From Pseudobdellovibrionaceae bacterium (GTDB lineage: Bacteria; Bdellovibrionota; Bdellovibrionia; Bdellovibrionales; Bdellovibrionaceae), in contig JBGGMM010000213.1 in assembly GCA_041288045.1 (NCBI GenBank), positions 1-20,072 of the forward strand: a stretch of 20,072 bases of DNA, read 5' to 3'. Shown here one piece after another: positions 15,155-20,072 of this stretch (position 1 is its first letter; each line of letters begins with the position of its first letter). The translations under genes and the position numbers were made by a program. The notes beneath the pieces were generated by a model, which saw only the letters and a list, made by a program, of their open reading frames with translations, did not search any database and had not been told where the DNA came from.

Positions 15155-15179
15155 GTGAAGGAAAAAGAGAAAGGCACCC
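15155..15179 (-). repeat. 25-bp REP-like repeat, copy 4 (inverted)
   Basis: GTGAAGGAAAAAGAGAAAGGCACCC, the exact reverse complement of copies 1 and 2. Confidence 0.9.
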
Positions 15180-15246
15180 TCTACCTAAGGCTAGAAATGG
15201 GTGGGGCTTGTTGAGTCGGGGAGTGGGTTTTTCCGATGAGACGAAC

Positions 15247-15630
15247 ATGGATATCAAGAATGCGCTGAATTCGATTTTACCTCTGAATTTGCGAGCTAAA
15301 ACAGCGGTGGATCGAACAATCAAATCAGGCAACGCCACCGACCGGGACGGCAACGGTCAAATGCCATTTGATCAGAATCAGCAGCAGAAAGAGCCAATGA
15401 CTGAGCAGGAGCTAGAAAAAGCCCTGCAACACTTGAAAGACCTGCCAGCCGTCAAAGATCACAATCTCACTGTTGAATTGACCGAGCAGAATGGAAAAAG
15501 ATTTGTTCTTCTCAAAGAGCCAGATGGAAAAATCATCCGTCGAATCCCAGAGTTAGAGCTTTGGTCTTTGCCAGTGATGACCGAGTCTGAGCCAAACAAA
15601 AAAGGCCAGCTCTTGCGAAAAACCGCCTAA
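15247..15630 (+). CDS. FlaG-like flagellar protein (127 aa)
   Basis: C-terminal FVLLKEPDGKIIRRIPELEL resembles the FlaG GEVIRQIP motif, and the gene follows a flagellin. The longer ORF start (15151) runs through repeat copy 4. Confidence 0.6.
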   Translation: MDIKNALNSILPLNLRAKTAVDRTIKSGNATDRDGNGQMPFDQNQQQKEPMTEQELEKALQHLKDLPAVKDHNLTVELTEQNGKRFVLLKEPDGKIIRRIPELELWSLPVMTESEPNKKGQLLRKTA

Positions 15631-15696
15631 AAGAGCCTGAAATCTGACAACCACCTTGCGATCTGAAATCGCCTCATTTTAAGATGAGGAGATAGG

Positions 15697-16251
15697 GTGG
15701 TATTTATGAAAATCATTTTTTCTTTGATCGGCCTGTTGTCGATTTCATTGTCTGCTGGAGCAGCTGTTTCCCCTGCTGCAAAAAAACCATTTAAAACGTC
15801 AGCGATTCTGCGTGGCACTGGCGCGATTCATGGTGGAATGGCTGGAACAGGATTCAGTCTTCTAGGGATCAAATCGCAAGTGGCAAAAAGTAAAAAACTG
15901 GAAAGACTCACTGTTGGAATGGGTGATGCCAAATTCAATTCTTATTCTGGAGCTCCTGGATATTTTCACATTGAAAATGCTCCTGGCTCAAAAAGAGTCG
16001 TCATCAATTTCATGCAAACGCTGAATTCGAAATTTGATGAAAAAGCTGTGCAAAAAGTTTTTGCTCAATCTCCTTTTGTGCAAAAGTCTGAGATGGTTTT
16101 TGATTCTCAAACTCAAACGACCAGCTTGATCCTCAATTTGAAAAAACCGGTTTCTGTTCGCGCCATCCCGGTCAACGGCAAGCAAAAACAAATGGCTCAA
16201 TTGAAAGTGGATCTCTTTGAAGATTCACTTCTGAAAAGAAAGAAAATGTGA
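15697..16251 (+). CDS. Exported hypothetical protein (basic, possibly AMIN-like beta domain)
   Basis: Signal peptide MKIIFSLIGLLSISLSAGA. SD GAGGAG precedes the GTG. Confidence 0.7.
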   Translation: MVFMKIIFSLIGLLSISLSAGAAVSPAAKKPFKTSAILRGTGAIHGGMAGTGFSLLGIKSQVAKSKKLERLTVGMGDAKFNSYSGAPGYFHIENAPGSKRVVINFMQTLNSKFDEKAVQKVFAQSPFVQKSEMVFDSQTQTTSLILNLKKPVSVRAIPVNGKQKQMAQLKVDLFEDSLLKRKKM

Positions 16252-17024
16252 TGCTTCGATGGTTCCGACTTTTTTCCATTGCCTTTTTGTTGATGGGAAT
16301 CAGTCGGGCCCAGGCCAAAGTTTTCAATTTCGCTAATGTGAAGTTGGCGGCTTATTTGGGCGGAGGCTTTGGGCCCGCTCAAGAAAACACGCTTTTATCG
16401 AAAGCCAATTCGGATTCTGCCAACACTGTGACGCTGAACTCTGAACATTCCTATCGCTATTCGGGGGAATTTGGCGTGATTGCTGGAGGCTCAAAGGTCA
16501 ATCTGGGATTCGGACTCGAGGTCTTAAGACCTCGAGAATTGACAGATAGCTCAGGAAAAAATTCCTCTGATACTGAGCTCTATACGGTGACCAGCGAAAT
16601 TTCTGTTTTGATTCCGAAAGTCACTTTGGAAGTAACTTTGAAAAGCTGGCCGAAATCTCGCCTCTTTCTCAATGGCCAGGCTGGCTGGGCGACTTTGACA
16701 GCGAGAAATTCATTTACTTTCACTGCCGATGGACAGACGGCCTATTCCGGGTTGGAAGATTTCTATGAAGATCTTCGCGGCATGGCTCCGATGTATGGCG
16801 GTGCTATGGGCTTTGAAAAGGTTTTCTCCGATTCAACCACTTATGTTTTTCATGCTGGCTATCGCAGTCTTGTTTTTGATGAGGTTCAGCACAATCGGGA
16901 TGTGACGACTTTCCAAGGGGCAGTGACAAAGGGCGACAAAGCCCTCAATACTGATGGTCAAAATCGAAGCATTGACCTTTCGAGTTATTTCATTGGCTTT
17001 ATGTTTCGGTTCTGGATCAAATAA
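16248..17024 (+). CDS. Putative outer-membrane beta-barrel protein
   Basis: Signal peptide ending AQA, alternating amphipathic strands, aromatic C-terminal strand YFIGFMFRFWIK. GTGA overlap with the upstream gene. Confidence 0.7.
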   Translation: MMLRWFRLFSIAFLLMGISRAQAKVFNFANVKLAAYLGGGFGPAQENTLLSKANSDSANTVTLNSEHSYRYSGEFGVIAGGSKVNLGFGLEVLRPRELTDSSGKNSSDTELYTVTSEISVLIPKVTLEVTLKSWPKSRLFLNGQAGWATLTARNSFTFTADGQTAYSGLEDFYEDLRGMAPMYGGAMGFEKVFSDSTTYVFHAGYRSLVFDEVQHNRDVTTFQGAVTKGDKALNTDGQNRSIDLSSYFIGFMFRFWIK

Positions 17025-17025
17025 A

Positions 17026-18816
17026 TTAGCTGTAAAGAGCATCCAGCTGCTTTTTGAATTTCTGATCTAAAAATTTTCTCTTCACTTTCAATGATGGAGT
17101 GAGCTCGCCATTTTCTACAGTGAATTCCTGGTTCAAGATGGAAAATCGCTTGATCGTCTCGTAACTGGCCAACTGAGTGTTGGTTTCAGCCACCGCTTTG
17201 CGAACTCTCTCGAGAACAAGTGGGTGTTGGGCCAGGCTGGACTTGTCCTGGTAAGAAAGGTTTTTCTCTTCAGCGAAATTTTTGAGGCCTGTCGGATCCA
17301 AAGTGAGCAAGGCAACGATGTATTTCTTGTTATCTCCATGAATCAGCACTTGTGAAACGATTGAATCGAGCTTCAAAAGATTTTCTAATTTTTGAGGAGC
17401 CACATATTTTCCACCGGCGGTTTTGATCAGGTCTTTTTTTCGATCCGTGATTCTTAAATCGCCCGACGGCAAAAATTCTCCAATGTCCCCAGTGTGAAAC
17501 CATCCGTCGCTCATGACGGCCTCGGTGGCAACTGGGTCCTGATAGTATTCGCGCATGACTTTTTTGCTTTTCACCAGGATTTCGCCGTCCTCGGCAATTC
17601 GAATTTGAGTTTCACCGACGGGTTTGCCGACGGATCCAAATCGGTAGTTGAACGGAGTGTTGACACAAATAGCGGCTGTGGTTTCGGAGAGCCCGTAGCC
17701 TTCCAGAATCAGAATTCCGCAAGCATGAAAGAAGAGCTCGATTTCTTTAGAGATGGGAGCTCCACCGCTGATCGCAAATCGGAGTCGCCCACCAAAGGCC
17801 TCTCTGACCTTGTTGAGAACAAGCTTTTGGGCCAACTGGTATTCAACGAAAAGTTGAACTGAAATGGGCTGACGGTTCAAGCGATGTTCTCCGACTTTCA
17901 GTCCCACTTCCAAAGCCCATTGAAAGGCCTTTTTTCGAAAGGCATTGTTTCCCAGCTGAGCGTAAATCGTTGAATAAACTTTTTCGAAAATTCGTGGAAC
18001 AGAAATCATAATTGTCGGTTTGATTTCAGGCAGATTGAGTCGAACTTTCTCAATACTTTCGGCATAGGCCATTTGAAATCCAATGAAAACATGTCCCCAG
18101 TGCTCGATTCGTCCCAGGACATGAGCGTAGGGGAGAAAGCTCAAGGAAATATCCTCTGAAGTCGCACCAACATAAGGGAAAGCTTCAGAGACTTCGCTCA
18201 AGATCTGTTCATGGGTAATGACCACACCTTTTGGTGTGCCCGTTGTCCCCGAAGTATAAATGATCGTGGCCATGTCCTGAAGCTCCGTCGATCCGCAGAG
18301 GCTCTCAAACTCTGATTGACGCTCAGGTCTTTCTTGCTTGCCGAGAGCGTAAAAATCATTCCAGGTCATCACTTCAAGGTCTGTTTCGCGAACTGGCTCA
18401 AAGCAAACAACCTTTTCGATGCTGGGACATTTGTCGCGAACGCTGAAAAACTGTTTCAGCAATTGTCTGTTCTCGACAAATAAAACTTTGCTGGCAGAGT
18501 TCGAAAGAATGTGAATGAGGTCTTCGCCAGTCACTGTTTGGTAAAGAGGCACTGTCACAGCTTTGATTCCCATGATGGCGTAATCGCAGACCGACCATTC
18601 CAGTCGAGTGCCTGACATGATGGCGACGCGATCTCCAGGTTTCACTCCGACACTCAGGAGCGCCGAGGCTGTTTCAGAAACCTGATCAAAATAATCCGTC
18701 CAAGAAAATTCTCGCCACTGTCCGCCGACTTTGCTTTTCAATGCAGTGACGGAATCTCCGCGGGAAGGCATTTCAAGGACATAATCACAGATGGTTTTCA
18801 CTTTTGAAGTTGGCAT
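17026..18816 (-). CDS. fadD: Long-chain fatty acid--CoA ligase (AMP-dependent synthetase)
   Basis: Motifs IIYTSGTTGTPKG, EGYGLSET, GWFHTGDIG, ITDRKKDLIKTAGGKYVAP, LTPSLKVKR. Confidence 0.92.
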   Translation of the reverse strand: MPTSKVKTICDYVLEMPSRGDSVTALKSKVGGQWREFSWTDYFDQVSETASALLSVGVKPGDRVAIMSGTRLEWSVCDYAIMGIKAVTVPLYQTVTGEDLIHILSNSASKVLFVENRQLLKQFFSVRDKCPSIEKVVCFEPVRETDLEVMTWNDFYALGKQERPERQSEFESLCGSTELQDMATIIYTSGTTGTPKGVVITHEQILSEVSEAFPYVGATSEDISLSFLPYAHVLGRIEHWGHVFIGFQMAYAESIEKVRLNLPEIKPTIMISVPRIFEKVYSTIYAQLGNNAFRKKAFQWALEVGLKVGEHRLNRQPISVQLFVEYQLAQKLVLNKVREAFGGRLRFAISGGAPISKEIELFFHACGILILEGYGLSETTAAICVNTPFNYRFGSVGKPVGETQIRIAEDGEILVKSKKVMREYYQDPVATEAVMSDGWFHTGDIGEFLPSGDLRITDRKKDLIKTAGGKYVAPQKLENLLKLDSIVSQVLIHGDNKKYIVALLTLDPTGLKNFAEEKNLSYQDKSSLAQHPLVLERVRKAVAETNTQLASYETIKRFSILNQEFTVENGELTPSLKVKRKFLDQKFKKQLDALYS

Positions 18817-18817
18817 A

Positions 18818-20072
18818 TTACTTTTGCTGATTGCTAGGTTTTCTCTGGCTGAGGATCAAATTGACATTAATTCTTTGATTATTACCCACTGTCACCTCTT
18901 GTTCAGCAGAAAGTCCAGAGAATGGATTGTGAACTCGAATTTTAACAGGAGTGCCGGCGAGCACAGCGTAATTCTTTAAAGGCAATTTTTCTTCAATTCG
19001 TAAACCATTGATAAAGACAACTGGATTGCTTCCGCCGTTCGTCAGCTCTAAATTGATGTACCCCATTTTTGGCATTGGCAAAAGACTGGCATTGACCACA
19101 TGGCCTGCAGCAGTGGCCTCGACTTTTCTTTCATAATACTGATATCCATCTTTGCGAAGAGCGATCGTAAATTCTTTGTTGGCTTCAACCACTCGCTGTG
19201 AAGGAGTGATCATACCCGTGTCCTGACCGTCGATAGAAATTCTGGCTCCGGAAGGCGAGCTTTGAATAATCACTGTGAACATTTCCTGTTTAGAACCCAG
19301 AGTGATTTCTCCTTTTTCCTGCGCTGGGGGCTGTTCCGCATTTGGAGGTGCTTGCACCACTGGTTGAGGTGGATTGTCGGGCGTGGGTGTCGGTGTCGAA
19401 GAAGCGACCATTGGATCTGGCATTGAATTGTCACGAACTGGTTTGTTGAAATAGGTGACGTAGAAAAAGTAACTGAAAAAGGCAATGGACAAAGTCATGA
19501 GCGTAAAGAAAATCGGACGAGCCACGGATTTCTTTTTTGGCACTTGAATTTTTTTAGTGTTGTTGCTGGGCCGGTGATTGGATCTGGGCTTCATCCTTCT
19601 CTCAGTGGCCGGATTGTTGCCATAAAAAGAGGGCTGCTTGGTCGGCGCCTTTCGTTTCAAATCGCTCAGATCAATCGGAACTGTATTGGTTTCAACTTCT
19701 AAATTTTCACCCAAATCCAGTTCTGCTTCTTCAGTTCCAGTCAAAGTCGATGTGTGAGTGACAGTCGTGTGATCACCTAGCTCAGGCCTTGATTTGGCGA
19801 ATTCAATCAGCTTTTTCCGGTTGTCCATGAACATTTGCGAAAAAGCGGACTTCATGAATAAGCTAAAATCATGAGAGGAAAATTCGGGATATTGAGTATT
19901 AAAAAAGCGATTCAAATCCCGGTGAAAGGCAGCCGCGGTCTGATAGCGCAAGCTTTTGTCCTTCGCCAGCGATTTGTTGACGATTCTTTCCAGCTCAGGC
20001 GGGATGGCTGGATTGAGTTTCCTTAAAGAAGGCACTTGGCATTCGCGGATCTTCCTCAAAGTTCCAGCTTCA
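18818..20072 (-). CDS. Membrane Ser/Thr protein kinase, C-terminal part with TM helix and PEGA-like domain (partial; 5' end outside the window)
   Basis: Kinase subdomain XI-like IPPELERIVNKSLAKDKSLRYQTA, TM segment IFFTLMTLSIAFFSYFFY, Pro-rich linker, PEGA-like IQSSPSGARISIDG...LRKDGY. The frame is open to the window edge. Confidence 0.8.
   Translation of the reverse strand, partial: EAGTLRKIRECQVPSLRKLNPAIPPELERIVNKSLAKDKSLRYQTAAAFHRDLNRFFNTQYPEFSSHDFSLFMKSAFSQMFMDNRKKLIEFAKSRPELGDHTTVTHTSTLTGTEEAELDLGENLEVETNTVPIDLSDLKRKAPTKQPSFYGNNPATERRMKPRSNHRPSNNTKKIQVPKKKSVARPIFFTLMTLSIAFFSYFFYVTYFNKPVRDNSMPDPMVASSTPTPTPDNPPQPVVQAPPNAEQPPAQEKGEITLGSKQEMFTVIIQSSPSGARISIDGQDTGMITPSQRVVEANKEFTIALRKDGYQYYERKVEATAAGHVVNASLLPMPKMGYINLELTNGGSNPVVFINGLRIEEKLPLKNYAVLAGTPVKIRVHNPFSGLSAEQEVTVGNNQRINVNLILSQRKPSNQQK

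Noticed and set aside
11499..15179. CRISPR array formed by the 25-bp repeats
   Set aside because: The copies are 0.7-1.5 kb apart and in mixed orientation, with no spacers or cas genes.
11363..15246. Short ORFs sharing the peptide EGKRERHP (11363-11695, 12845-13102, 13516-13806, start of 15151)
   Set aside because: The shared peptide is simply the translation of the DNA repeat, not a protein family.
176..19485. Numerous 60-140 aa ORFs overlapping the main genes
   Set aside because: Shadow frames inside well-supported genes, with no motifs or ribosome-binding sites.

Overview
A gene-dense bacterial window whose gene content resembles predatory Bdellovibrionota; this assignment is inferred, not tested. 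The left part is mostly housekeeping: an ALDH-fold protein lacking its catalytic residues, a small Zn-ribbon protein, an XRE regulator, ddl, elbB, a lipoprotein, a GNAT acetyltransferase, and a divergent ferredoxin-nth-DoxX-thiBPQ operon. The centre (10.5-15.6 kb) is a flagellin locus with three short flagellins (275-277 aa), each behind a sigma-28-type promoter, a REP-associated tyrosine transposase (RAYT), and a FlaG-like gene. The right part holds two exported hypothetical proteins, an acyl-CoA synthetase and the 3' part of a Ser/Thr kinase with a PEGA-like domain. The main unexplained signal is non-coding. The flagellin 5' leaders are mutually antisense: the first ~53 nt of the flagellin-2 transcript consist of two abutting blocks, one complementary to the flagellin-3 leader (14/14 core) and one to the 5' end of the flagellin-1 transcript (16/16 core). 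A candidate sRNA downstream of flagellin 2 is also complementary to the flagellin-1 leader. The locus also carries a helically phased GAC-N4-GTC operator array and four 25-bp repeats arranged symmetrically around the RAYT, which bracket flagellins 2 and 3 as ~1.47-kb cassettes.
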